Below, piece after piece: positions 1 to 9,877 of a stretch of 64,000 nucleotides of DNA. The stretch is taken from NCBI GenBank assembly GCA_964291405.2, contig OZ219926.1, forward strand, positions 4,384,001 to 4,448,000, given 5' to 3'. This DNA is from Thermodesulfobacteriota bacterium (GTDB taxonomy: Bacteria; Desulfobacterota; Binatia; Bin18). The notes under the pieces were generated by a model. That model was given only the letters and a program-made list of their open reading frames with translations. It did not search any database and was not told the DNA's origin. Both the position numbers and the translations under genes were made by a program. How positions within the stretch are numbered: the stretch's first letter is position 1; each line of letters starts with the position of its first letter.

Positions 1-159
1 AAACGGTGAGCAGGCCGACAAGATTTGAACAACGACCTCCTGAATGCCATTCCAGTGATAGCTGCGAAACCAGCCTATATTCCCGCTCGACGACATACGG
101 GTCGGTGACTGGACGCTTTTGCGTTCCCACGCTCGCGTCCGTGAGTGTATCCGCGCCGC

Positions 160-2091
160 TTAGCCGCCGATTGAAGAGGCTTGGGCAGCAGCGATATAGC
201 GCTCTGCGTCTTCGGCGAGCAGCAGGCGCGCCTCCTGGAGCTCGGCGGCCGCGCGGGTGACCGCGGCGACGTAGGCGTCATGGCTGGGATAGCGCTCTTC
301 CAGCGAGGGGCGGGGGTCGCCGTTGGCCTGTCGTTCCGCCCTGGTCTCCGCAAACGGAAAATACGCGCCCACCAGCATGAGTGCGCCCGCAGAGAATCCG
401 GCCCCACGGAGATTCCAGCCGGTATGCGTACCGAGAGGGACGCTAATATCGGGCAAGCGGATACCGGCCAGCTCATTGCCGTCCGCATCGACCTTGGGCA
501 CTAACACGCGATAGGCTTTGCCGGGTACGGGTGCGGGTGGCTGCTGGCTGTAGTCCATTTCCGACAACCCGTTCACCCGCTCCGGGTGACGAACGCCCGG
601 GATGGCCGGAAACCCGGTCGCAGCCTGGGGCGACGGGGAAGCAAGGGTCCCGTCGCCCGAGCAAGGAACCCGACTGTCCGGCGGTGGTATCTCCTGAGTG
701 GCCCATTGGTCCAGGGCGACCAGGAGCGAGCGGTTCAGCGGATTATAGTTCAGAAAGTTCATGGCATAGGCCGGATTCTGAGAGAATACGGCAGCGTGGT
801 TCAGCATAATCGGCCCGGCATGCCCCGTGCCTGAGAACAGAAAGACCCGCACCTCATCCGGGACTTCGATGTCCTGGCCGTGTTCGTCGGTCACCACCAG
901 CGAACTGCGTCCCAGCCAGAATTCGGTGCTCGAATCGACGTGGATGATCTTGGGGCAGGTGTTGGACGCCAGGCTGCGAGTCAGGATGCCGTCGGTCTTG
1001 CCACTGACCGAATCCGTCCGGGTCGCATAGCTGAACGGAAACTGATCGCCCGGATACGCGTGGTCTTCCTGTTGGCGGTGAAAGCGACCCGGCTGCGCGA
1101 ACGGTTCGTTCAGGAAAATGCGCCGTGACCCGGCGATACTGGCATAGATGCCATCGAAGACCCTGCTGCCATTCAGGCCCTGGTTGAAACCCAGGCGGAC
1201 AAACTCGCGCAAAAAGCGGCCGGGCTGTGAGCGTCCATAGGCAATCACATGATCGATAGCCGGGGCACTCGGGTCGGGGTTCAGCGGGTGAGGCCGGCCG
1301 GCGGCGTCCGACTCGGTGGAGCGCATATAGGCCACAAAGTCACGTACCGCCACAAAACCGAGGCCCATGACAATGGGGTCGCACGCCGGGTAAATGAACT
1401 CGTATATGGCACCGGCATCAAAGTCCTCAGCCAGGTCGATTTCGATCTGCGTGGGTGAGACATACCGCCAGCGCTCGGCAGGGACGGGTACGCGCGGGTC
1501 TTCTTCATACAGTCTGACGGTCAGCGTCGCCTCGCGCTGATCCAAGGAATGAGCCGGATAGGTGAGCGGCAGGACGGCCGGGCTATCGGTATGGCCGAAA
1601 ATCATTTCCTCGCGCGAGTCGCCGACGATAGGAGCGCCACTATTAGTTGCGACCGGAAACGCGGCGAGCATATGTCCCTCGCCCGGCTGCGCGTCACCCT
1701 GCCAGGCGCTGAAAACCAGCACGTAGCCCTGTCGCATGAGAAAGCCGTTACCGGCGTCCGCTGCGCTGACCGGATCGTTGGAAGTTGGGCCTTTCTGGGC
1801 GTCGTTGATGTCAATCAGGGACAGCTTGTCACCCCGATTGGGAGCGTCGTACAAAATGCGCCGATTACTCTTGCCGAGGTCGGTGGGTTTGAGCACGCAG
1901 AAATCCACCGCGTATTCGACCCGGCCCTTGGTATTCGTCGGCGCCTTATCGAGGTTGACGATATCTCGATTGAGTGGATTCCTCGGGTCAACCTCCCCAT
2001 AGGCCCGTCCGACTATTTTCTCGTACGTCCCGGCACTCCCGAAGGACATGTCTTCAAACACGTTTTCAACCCGTTGAATCTCTAATCTCAT
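160..2091 (-). CDS. alpha/beta-hydrolase domain protein (uncharacterised ~640-aa family)
   Basis: Motifs NRG, GRSQPGRFLR and PKIIHVDSSTEFW. Start placed at ATG 2091 (MRLEIQ) with an upstream GAGGTG RBS instead of the track start at 2196. Confidence 0.8.
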   Translation of the reverse strand: MRLEIQRVENVFEDMSFGSAGTYEKIVGRAYGEVDPRNPLNRDIVNLDKAPTNTKGRVEYAVDFCVLKPTDLGKSNRRILYDAPNRGDKLSLIDINDAQKGPTSNDPVSAADAGNGFLMRQGYVLVFSAWQGDAQPGEGHMLAAFPVATNSGAPIVGDSREEMIFGHTDSPAVLPLTYPAHSLDQREATLTVRLYEEDPRVPVPAERWRYVSPTQIEIDLAEDFDAGAIYEFIYPACDPIVMGLGFVAVRDFVAYMRSTESDAAGRPHPLNPDPSAPAIDHVIAYGRSQPGRFLREFVRLGFNQGLNGSRVFDGIYASIAGSRRIFLNEPFAQPGRFHRQQEDHAYPGDQFPFSYATRTDSVSGKTDGILTRSLASNTCPKIIHVDSSTEFWLGRSSLVVTDEHGQDIEVPDEVRVFLFSGTGHAGPIMLNHAAVFSQNPAYAMNFLNYNPLNRSLLVALDQWATQEIPPPDSRVPCSGDGTLASPSPQAATGFPAIPGVRHPERVNGLSEMDYSQQPPAPVPGKAYRVLVPKVDADGNELAGIRLPDISVPLGTHTGWNLRGAGFSAGALMLVGAYFPFAETRAERQANGDPRPSLEERYPSHDAYVAAVTRAAAELQEARLLLAEDAERYIAAAQASSIGG

Positions 2092-2209
2092 GGACTCACC
2101 TCGCATTGCGATGAAACATGGCTGGAGTATAATACCCCTCGCTATAGAGAAATATGGCGTGCTTGACCACCTCGTTAGTCGGGATGCCGGCCGCACAAAG
2201 GAGAATAGC

Positions 2210-3430
2210 GTGGCAACACCAAAAGTGATCGTGCAAATCTACCCCGTGCTTCCGGCTGAGGATCGTGCCGACCGTGAGCGCAAACGCCCGCTGGGACGCA
2301 ATCGTGACGTATACCACCAGGTGCTGCATGAGACCTTCGACTTGGTAAAACAGCTCGACGAAATGGGCGTGTGGGGCATCAGTACCATCGAGCACCACCT
2401 GCATTCTGAGGGCTACGAGCTGGGACCGAACCCCGGCGTCCTGAATGCCTGGTGGGCGACCCAGGTGAAGAACGCCTATGTCGGTGCCCTCGGCTACGTG
2501 ATGGCGACCCGCGACCCGATTCGGGTGGCCGAGGAAACCGCCATCCTTGATCACATGACCCAGGGCCGCTTCTTTGTGGGCTTGACGCGGGGCTACCAGG
2601 CCCGCTGGATGGACACCCTGGGGCAGCATGTCCGGGCCGTTGCGACCGTGTCGGACGGCAGCGCGGCGGACCAGCGCAACCGTGAGATGTTCGAGGAGAG
2701 TACGCGCATATTGCTCCAGTGCTGGCAGCAGGAATCCGTGGCGACCAAGCAGCCGCATTACGAGATTCCGTATCCGTATGAAACCGGCGTACGGGGCTAT
2801 CCGGCGCGCAAGAGCATCGAATCTGCCGGTGCACCGGGAGAACTCGGACCCGACGGCGCCATTCGCCGGGTGAGCGTGGTGCCGAGCCCGTACAGCGACC
2901 CCTATCCTCGGGTGTTCGTCCCGATGAGCGGCAGTGCCGCCTCGGTGCCCTTTCTGGCCCAGCATGGTTTTCGGCCGACCTACTTCACGGCCCTCGATAC
3001 CCTGGTGAACTTTGCCACGCTGTATGTTGAAGAGGGACGGGCGGCCGGCATGGATTATCCGCTGGGTGCCCGACAGAATATCGCGCGCTGGATTCATCTC
3101 GGGCGCGACGAACAGGAATTTACCGACAAGTTGCTGCGCTACGATTATGAAATGTGGGTCCAACACTACTCGACCTTCTACGACGGCATCCCCAAGTTCG
3201 ACACCCAAGCCGCTACGCTCCAGAGCATGAAGGACAGTGGGATTTTTCTGGGCGGTACGGTGGAGCAGTTGAAAGCGGAATGGCGCCATATCTACGCCTC
3301 GTTGCCGTGCGAGTACATCACGCTCATCTGGCACTATGCGCACTGTCCCAAAGAACTTATGCTGGAGGAACTGGGCGTGTTCATGACCGAGGTGCTGCCC
3401 GAGCTGGACGCCCCGGCTTTGGACGACTGA
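2210..3430 (+). CDS. luciferase-like (LLM) flavin-dependent oxidoreductase
   Basis: Motifs EHHLHSEG and DPIRVAEETAILDHMTQGRFFVGLTRGYQ. GTG start follows AAGGAG. Confidence 0.9.
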   Translation: MATPKVIVQIYPVLPAEDRADRERKRPLGRNRDVYHQVLHETFDLVKQLDEMGVWGISTIEHHLHSEGYELGPNPGVLNAWWATQVKNAYVGALGYVMATRDPIRVAEETAILDHMTQGRFFVGLTRGYQARWMDTLGQHVRAVATVSDGSAADQRNREMFEESTRILLQCWQQESVATKQPHYEIPYPYETGVRGYPARKSIESAGAPGELGPDGAIRRVSVVPSPYSDPYPRVFVPMSGSAASVPFLAQHGFRPTYFTALDTLVNFATLYVEEGRAAGMDYPLGARQNIARWIHLGRDEQEFTDKLLRYDYEMWVQHYSTFYDGIPKFDTQAATLQSMKDSGIFLGGTVEQLKAEWRHIYASLPCEYITLIWHYAHCPKELMLEELGVFMTEVLPELDAPALDD

Positions 3431-3522
3431 CAGAGACCGGCCTTTGTGGCTAGAGGCCGGGTGGCGACAGTTTCCGGGCCAGACCACTGAAGCCCGTGTC
3501 CTGCTTGCAGGCTGAGAGAGCT

Positions 3523-4752
3523 ATGACACGCATCAGCTCCGCACCCTATCTGCAACAGTTCGATGGCCTTACCTCGTTTGAGCGAGCGGTTCGCCAACCT
3601 CTGATGCTCGGGCTGTTCATGCCCCACCAACAAGGCGCTTGGACACCATCGAAAGCACCCCGGAAGACCTCGTGGACCTTTGAGTACAACGCCGAACTCG
3701 CAGTCCGCGTTGATGAGGCCGGCTTTGACCTCATCTTTGCCCTTGCCACCTGGCTCGGCAAAGGCGGCTATGGGGGCGATATTCATTTTCGTGAGCACTC
3801 AATTGACCCCTTTATCACCAGTGCCGCCCTCGCACCGTTGACCCACAATGTCCTGCTCATATCAACGATCCATGTCCTCTACGGCTGGCATCCCTTACAT
3901 ATTGCGAAATATGGAGCCGTCATCGACCATATCAGTCATGGCCGCTGGGGCCTGAATGTCGTGACCGGCTATCGGCCGGACGAAGCCGGTATGTTTGGCC
4001 ACGAGTCATTCCCCCACAATCAACGCTACGCCATGGCGGATGAATTCACGACCGTGATGAAGCACCTGTGGACCGAGGATAAAAACCTCGATTATACCGG
4101 CGAGTGGTACAAGACGGCCGGCGCTTTTGTTGCACCCAAACCCGTCAATGGCTTGCCCGTCCTGGTCAGTGCCGGCTCGTCACCGGCGGGTATGGACTAT
4201 GCCACCAGTCACGCGGATATCATCTTTGCGACCTCGCCCACGGGAGCTGATCCGGGTAAGGCCTGTACGTCCTTACCCCAGCGTATTGTGCCGATCAAGG
4301 CGCAAGCCCGGCAAAAGGGCCGAGCAGTCAAGATTCTCGTCAATCCGCATGTGATTTGTCGCCCAACCGAGAAAGAGGCTCAAGCGTGGTATAAACGGAT
4401 TCGGGATGAACGTGATGAGGTGGCAGTAGCAAACTTCTTCAACGCCTTCATGGGTGGGGACCAGTCTTCGTGGCGTCAGCATAGCGCGCTAGAGTGGGCA
4501 GTTGGTGGCAATCTCCATCTTGTCGGGACACCGGAAATGATCGTAGAGTGGTTCGTCCGCCTACGTCGGGCTGGCGTGGACGGGGTGCAGGTCAATTTCT
4601 TCGACTTCGGGCCAGACCTCGACTACTTTATCACCACGGTTTTGCCCCTTATGCAGCAAGCCGGCTTGCGCCATGCAACGCCAAAGGAGGAGAGAGGCAG
4701 TGAATCGCACGGCAGGATCAATGCAGCCCCTCGCGGATGTCAGAGTGATTGA
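3523..4752 (+). CDS. LLM flavin-dependent monooxygenase, SsuD/SfnG/RutA-like
   Basis: Motifs LMLGLFMP..TSWTFEYN, HPLHIAK..IDHISHGRWGLNVVTG and LVGTPEMIVE. Confidence 0.85.
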   Translation: MTRISSAPYLQQFDGLTSFERAVRQPLMLGLFMPHQQGAWTPSKAPRKTSWTFEYNAELAVRVDEAGFDLIFALATWLGKGGYGGDIHFREHSIDPFITSAALAPLTHNVLLISTIHVLYGWHPLHIAKYGAVIDHISHGRWGLNVVTGYRPDEAGMFGHESFPHNQRYAMADEFTTVMKHLWTEDKNLDYTGEWYKTAGAFVAPKPVNGLPVLVSAGSSPAGMDYATSHADIIFATSPTGADPGKACTSLPQRIVPIKAQARQKGRAVKILVNPHVICRPTEKEAQAWYKRIRDERDEVAVANFFNAFMGGDQSSWRQHSALEWAVGGNLHLVGTPEMIVEWFVRLRRAGVDGVQVNFFDFGPDLDYFITTVLPLMQQAGLRHATPKEERGSESHGRINAAPRGCQSD

Positions 4753-5851
4753 GTTTTGCAATGTGGCGGCCGGTCCTTTTTGTGGCATGCTGTTCGCGGA
4801 TTTTGGTGCGGACGTGGTGAAGGTTGAGTCACGGCAAGGTGACACTCTGCGTCAATGGCCGCCGATAACGGACGGGTTTAGTGAGAACTTTGCCTCACTC
4901 AATCGCAACAAGCGTTCTATCGCGCTGAATTTGAAAGACGCGGCCGATAAGGACGTGGCGTGCCGCTTGATCCAGAGCGCGGATGTGGTGATCGAGAACA
5001 ACCGGCCTGGGGTGATGGGGCGTCTCGGGCTCGGCTATGAGGACTTCGCCGAGACGCACCCTCAGCTGATCTACTGCTCACTGTCAGCCTTTGGTCAAAC
5101 TGGCCCGCGTGCCCAGCAGGGTGGCTTCGATGTCACGCTCCAGGCGATAGCCGGGATCATGAGTGTGACCGGAGAGCCGGATGGCGCGCCCGTCAAATGC
5201 GGGGTCCCGTTAGCGGACTTTGCCGCCGGCCTGTATGCCGCCTTTGCCGTCTCGTCCTTGCTGACCCAAGTCCGGGCGGGTGGGCCTGGGGGTTATATTG
5301 ACGTCCCGATGATGGGGGTGAGTATGGCTATTGCCGCCCTCCAAACCAGCGAATTCTTTGGGACCGGAAAAAATCCTCGGAAACTCGGCGCGGCGCATCC
5401 CCGTAATGCGCCCTATGACCTGTTTCGGGCGAAGGATGGCCATTTTGTGCTTGCCGCCGGCAACAACAAGCTGTGGCAGAGCGTCTGCGAGGAGGTCGGT
5501 CAGCCGGACCTCGCGGTCGATCCTCGGTTCCTCACGACGACCGCCCGTGCGGCCAACCAGACGATACTGAAAGAAATCCTCGAAAAGGTGTTCATCACGC
5601 GCACCGTGGCCGACTGGCTTGAAACCTTCGAAAACCGAGGGGTGCCGTGTGGCCCCACCAACACGTATGCTGAAGCATTGTCAGACGCGCAGGTTGTCGA
5701 GATGGGGTGGGTCCAACCGTTAACGCTCCCCAACGGTGCAACCACCCGGACTTTCGCATCACCACTACGGATAAACGGAGAGGCTCCGTCGATTCGCCGC
5801 GGACCGCCCGAGCTCGATGAGCATCGCTCCGAGCTGTTGAACGAGCTTTGA
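4700..5851 (+). CDS. CaiB/BaiF family III CoA-transferase
   Basis: Motifs AAGPFCGMLFADFGADVVKVE, NRNKRSIALNLK and ENNRPGV. GTG start follows AGGAGG; ATG 4721 is an alternative. Confidence 0.92.
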   Translation: MNRTAGSMQPLADVRVIEFCNVAAGPFCGMLFADFGADVVKVESRQGDTLRQWPPITDGFSENFASLNRNKRSIALNLKDAADKDVACRLIQSADVVIENNRPGVMGRLGLGYEDFAETHPQLIYCSLSAFGQTGPRAQQGGFDVTLQAIAGIMSVTGEPDGAPVKCGVPLADFAAGLYAAFAVSSLLTQVRAGGPGGYIDVPMMGVSMAIAALQTSEFFGTGKNPRKLGAAHPRNAPYDLFRAKDGHFVLAAGNNKLWQSVCEEVGQPDLAVDPRFLTTTARAANQTILKEILEKVFITRTVADWLETFENRGVPCGPTNTYAEALSDAQVVEMGWVQPLTLPNGATTRTFASPLRINGEAPSIRRGPPELDEHRSELLNEL

Positions 5852-5893
5852 ACACCCTGAAACAGCCGTTCCGGTCAGCGAATAGCCGTCGCT

Positions 5894-6184
5894 TCACGAC
5901 TTCTTCGGCTTCCGTTTCCGTGCCGCTTTCCCGGTGGCTGCCGTTTCCATACGTTGCCAGAATCCCGGTGTGGCCTCACGATAATCGCCCCGCTCAACGG
6001 CTTCTAAGAGTTGGGCTTCCACCTCATGACGGGAGGCGGATTCGAGGTCGGCCCGAATCAGGGAACGTACATACTCACTGACCGTGTGAAATCCTTTGGT
6101 TTTTACCCGGTCCTTAATGAAGGCATCCAATGCAGGGGGCACGGGGATACTGAGGATTTTCTTTCCTGTGGGTTGGGTACGCAT
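5894..6184 (-). CDS. ParD-like ribbon-helix-helix antitoxin (orphan)
   Basis: Sequence LSIPVPPALDAFIKDRV..GFHTVSEYVRSLIRAD..LLEAVERG matches the ParD/CopG antidote pattern. Upstream region is AT-rich. Confidence 0.8.
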   Translation of the reverse strand: MRTQPTGKKILSIPVPPALDAFIKDRVKTKGFHTVSEYVRSLIRADLESASRHEVEAQLLEAVERGDYREATPGFWQRMETAATGKAARKRKPKKS

Positions 6185-6291
6185 AAATAGAATGCGTCAA
6201 GTTTATGATATATTCACAATAAACAATATATTTGTGGAATGCCAAAGATCGTTCGACTGCTGAGGTTGCCTGCATACAGGCATACCGGTTG

Positions 6292-8016
6292 CTAGGCGCT
6301 GCGCACGATACGCCCCGGCCGAGCGCCGGTGTCTGTGCCGTTCTCTTGTACGACTTCGCCACTTACAAAGGTCTTTTCATACCCGCTCGCGGTTTGCATT
6401 AAACGCGGCATACCGGCGGGAAGATCGTAGATCATTTCCGGGTGGCTGACACTCAGATTGTCATAATCAATCACGTTCACATCGGCCTTCGCACCAGGCT
6501 CTAGCGTCCCGCGATCGGTCATCCCAAAGAGACGTGCGCTGTCGTGCGTCAACTTCTTGACCACAAACTCCAGCGGCAGCCGGCCTGGATCGCCGGCCGC
6601 TTTATCGCGCACCCAATGCGTTAGGGCGTACGTCGGCATACCTGCGTCTATGATTTGTCGTACATGAGCACCGGCATCGCTGCCACCCAGAACCGTAATC
6701 GGGTCGCATATCAGCTCGCGCAGGCAGTCGGCGTTGCCATCGGCATATCCGAATGCAGCATACATCAAGAAGGACCGGCCGTTTTGCTCTAACATCAGAT
6801 CGTAGACCACCTCGCGTGGGTCACGTTTCTCCCGCGCAGCCGTAGCCGCGATGCTCTGCGTGCTATCTGGCTCGTAACTGAGGGGCCGGCCCATGGGATA
6901 CGTTCGTTCCCAGACTTTCTCGTTTTGGTAGAGCAGCGACATCCCGGTTGTATGGGGGTCTGTTTCTGTGACGAGTTTTTGTCGCAGCGCAGGGGTGCGC
7001 AGGGCGGTCATTTTCTCATCGTGCGAGAGCTGTTTAAGCGGCTGAAAGCTGGGGAGATACTCAAACGGATTTTCTCCCTGGAAACTGAACAACACGCACA
7101 CTGGGCGGGCAAAAACCATGGGCACGATGGGTACGCCGCTTTCCACCGCAGCGGTACACTTGGCCATCACTTCCCGCCATTGATCCGGGTAGGTGTTAGT
7201 CTGAACGAAGGGGAACGTGAACGGACACCCGGTTGAACGGGCAATACGGATAAACATCTCGACTTCTTGCAGCAGTTCTGCGTTTTCCCCGCCCGCACCA
7301 CGTGGGACGACTTCGAGGATGCCACGTCCAGTCGATCGTACAGCCTTGGCTATACCAATCAGCTCTTCTTCTCTAGCAAACGTTCCGGGTACAGGTTCAC
7401 CATCGTTTGCGGTATGGGCTAAAGTACGCGAAGTCGAGAAGCCCAATGCGCCTGCGAGTACGGCTTCTTTGACAATAGTCGCCATCCGCGCAATGTCTTT
7501 TTCCGTTGCGGGTTCATTCCTGGCCCCGCGTTCACCCATCACAAAGGCTCGGACCGCGCCATGGGTAATCATACCGCCGACATCCAGGGTGCGTGGCATG
7601 TTGTCCAACACATCGAGATATTCGGGAAAACTCTGCCATCCCCAGGGCAAACCTGCTCTTAATGACGGGCCAGGAATATCTTCGACCCCTTCCATCAAGC
7701 CGATCAGCCAGTCGTGACGATCCGGAGTAGCGGGTGCAAATCCAACGCCGCAGTTCCCCATGACCACGGTTGATACGCCGTGCCACAGCGACGGGGTCAT
7801 TTGTTCATCCCAGGCAACTTGGCCGTCATAGTGCGTATGGACGTCCACCCAGGCCGGGGTGACCAGGAGGCCGTCCGCATCAATCGTTTTCTTTGCGCCA
7901 CCCAGATTTTTACCCACCGCAGCGATACGACCGGTCGCAAGAGCAACGTCTCCGGTAAACGCCGGTTTTCCGGTCCCATCAACAATGGTTCCGCCACGAA
8001 TCACAACGTCATGCAT
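6292..8016 (-). CDS. N-acyl-D-amino-acid deacylase family amidohydrolase
   Basis: Motifs DVVIRGGTIVDGTG, DVHTHYD, VVMGNCGVGFAP and SDAGAHV. Confidence 0.92.
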   Translation of the reverse strand: MHDVVIRGGTIVDGTGKPAFTGDVALATGRIAAVGKNLGGAKKTIDADGLLVTPAWVDVHTHYDGQVAWDEQMTPSLWHGVSTVVMGNCGVGFAPATPDRHDWLIGLMEGVEDIPGPSLRAGLPWGWQSFPEYLDVLDNMPRTLDVGGMITHGAVRAFVMGERGARNEPATEKDIARMATIVKEAVLAGALGFSTSRTLAHTANDGEPVPGTFAREEELIGIAKAVRSTGRGILEVVPRGAGGENAELLQEVEMFIRIARSTGCPFTFPFVQTNTYPDQWREVMAKCTAAVESGVPIVPMVFARPVCVLFSFQGENPFEYLPSFQPLKQLSHDEKMTALRTPALRQKLVTETDPHTTGMSLLYQNEKVWERTYPMGRPLSYEPDSTQSIAATAAREKRDPREVVYDLMLEQNGRSFLMYAAFGYADGNADCLRELICDPITVLGGSDAGAHVRQIIDAGMPTYALTHWVRDKAAGDPGRLPLEFVVKKLTHDSARLFGMTDRGTLEPGAKADVNVIDYDNLSVSHPEMIYDLPAGMPRLMQTASGYEKTFVSGEVVQENGTDTGARPGRIVRSA

Positions 8017-8475
8017 CCGTCTTCCTCCTTACACGGGGGTCGGTGTACCGTCTGCCCGGCAGGTCTGGGAATTGCGGGAAGCCCCCGGTGGTCTGTGCGT
8101 TCGGTTTCATACCTGAGCTGAGTACGAATTGATAGGCTGTCTTCCATGTCCTCTCCCTTTGGATGCGATGCATACCAAGGAAGGCTTGGTATGCAGGCAC
8201 GCCCGAAAAAGCTGGGGCCTGTATCGATGAGCGAGAAGCCCCGCTCGGCTTTCCCGCCGTGGCGCGGTCTGCTGTCCTCCTGACAGCCTACGAAAGCAGT
8301 ACTTTTCCCGGCTTATCCGTTCCTCCTTTATCTTCTCCGGAGCGTCCGTTGCTACTACAAAAGAGAGAATGCCTCGTTTATGTTAAACAGTAGCTTAACC
8401 GTTACCGTATCCAGCTTGCAGTGATTATCCACGATCATTTTATTCCTGAATGGGCAAATATAACTCATCCCGTCC

Positions 8476-9837
8476 ATGCTTTCTAAAAAATCCTCCAACG
8501 CCTTGACCCAGGGTCGGGCAAAACGTGCGCTTCAGGTTGGCTCGCTTGCGACTGCGGTCAGCGGGAGCTACGCCTGGAACGCCCTGAAACAGCCCTTCCA
8601 GTCAGCAGATGAAAAAGAGCAGGAGCTGTTTGATCTGCATCTCAAGAACGCGCTGAAGATTGTGGAAGGCTCCCACGAACTCCGCGGCGCATTCATGAAG
8701 TTGATTCAAATGCTGAGCATGCGGAGCGATCTCTTTCCAATGGAGGTCCTCGACATTCTCGCGGTCGTCCAGTCGTCCGTTCCGCCGATGGATTATGATC
8801 TCATCCGAACCCAACTCAAAGACGAGCTTGGAAAAGAGCCGGAACAGCTCTTTCGATCCTTTGACAAAAAAGCCTTTGCCGCAGCCTCGCTGGGACAGGT
8901 CCACCGGGCACAACTCCAGAGTGGTGCAGAGGTGGTTGTGAAGGTCCAATATCCCGGGGTTGACGAGACTGTGGAACAGGACCTCAAGAACCTGAAAGCG
9001 CTGCTCAGCGCTTTGACTCTTATCCTCCGTGATGTCATGCGCCAGAACTTTGATGCGGCTGAGCTCTATCAAGAGATGGAAGAACGCCTACGAGAAGAAC
9101 TCGATTATATCAATGAAGCCAACAATATTGCGATTTTTCAGCGTCTCTTCGCCGGAGATGACGAGGTCATCATTCCCCGTGTCTATCCGGACTTCTCCTC
9201 GCGGCGGGTCTTAACCCTGGAATTTATTGAGGGGTACAAATTCAACGATGTGTTAGCTCCCGGCGTTGACCGAGAGCTTAAGGACTGGGTGGCGGTGAAG
9301 TATTTTGAGATTACCTGGCGGCAGATTTGTTCTTTTGGGGTGCTCCATACTGATCCGCATCCCGGGAATTATCTGATTACCTACCATCCTAAGATTGCCA
9401 TATTGGACTTTGGCAGTGTGCGCCTTTTCCCGGATGAGATTCGAGCCGGCTATCAGCGGTTGGCGCAAGCCGTCTTAGAGCGAGACGAAACAACCATGGC
9501 GCGTTGTTTTCTTGAACTCGGCTATCTTGATCCCGGTGATGATCCCGAGCCGCTTTTTCAGATCATGTATCTTATTTTTGAGCCCGTCCTGGAAGACCGC
9601 CCCTATGATCCCCGCAATTTTCACGCGGTGGAGAAGGCTAGGGAGGTGACGAATATCAGCCTCCAGCATCGGATATTGAAGACGCCTGGGCACCGGCTCT
9701 TTTTAGTTCGAGCGTTACTTGGCCTTGAGTCATACGTGCAGCAGTTCGGGACGGTGACCAATTGGCACCGGATTTTCCGGCGGTGCGTGACAACGACCTC
9801 AAAAAAGAGAAGTCGGAAGAAAGCGAAAAGGACTTGA
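8476..9837 (+). CDS. ABC1/UbiB/AarF atypical protein kinase
   Basis: Motifs AAASLGQVH, VVVKVQYPGV, EELDY, HTDPHPGN and LDFG. Confidence 0.93.
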   Translation: MLSKKSSNALTQGRAKRALQVGSLATAVSGSYAWNALKQPFQSADEKEQELFDLHLKNALKIVEGSHELRGAFMKLIQMLSMRSDLFPMEVLDILAVVQSSVPPMDYDLIRTQLKDELGKEPEQLFRSFDKKAFAAASLGQVHRAQLQSGAEVVVKVQYPGVDETVEQDLKNLKALLSALTLILRDVMRQNFDAAELYQEMEERLREELDYINEANNIAIFQRLFAGDDEVIIPRVYPDFSSRRVLTLEFIEGYKFNDVLAPGVDRELKDWVAVKYFEITWRQICSFGVLHTDPHPGNYLITYHPKIAILDFGSVRLFPDEIRAGYQRLAQAVLERDETTMARCFLELGYLDPGDDPEPLFQIMYLIFEPVLEDRPYDPRNFHAVEKAREVTNISLQHRILKTPGHRLFLVRALLGLESYVQQFGTVTNWHRIFRRCVTTTSKKRSRKKAKRT

Positions 9838-9877
9838 CGGAACTGGGGAACGGCACACGAGGCCCAACAGCGTGGTA

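Noticed and set aside
2096-3487. 463-aa minus-strand ORF
   Set aside because: Antisense shadow of the LLM gene in high-GC DNA, with no recognisable motifs.
8016-8476. Riboswitch in the long intergenic region
   Set aside because: Only isolated hairpins. I recognised no known riboswitch consensus on either strand.
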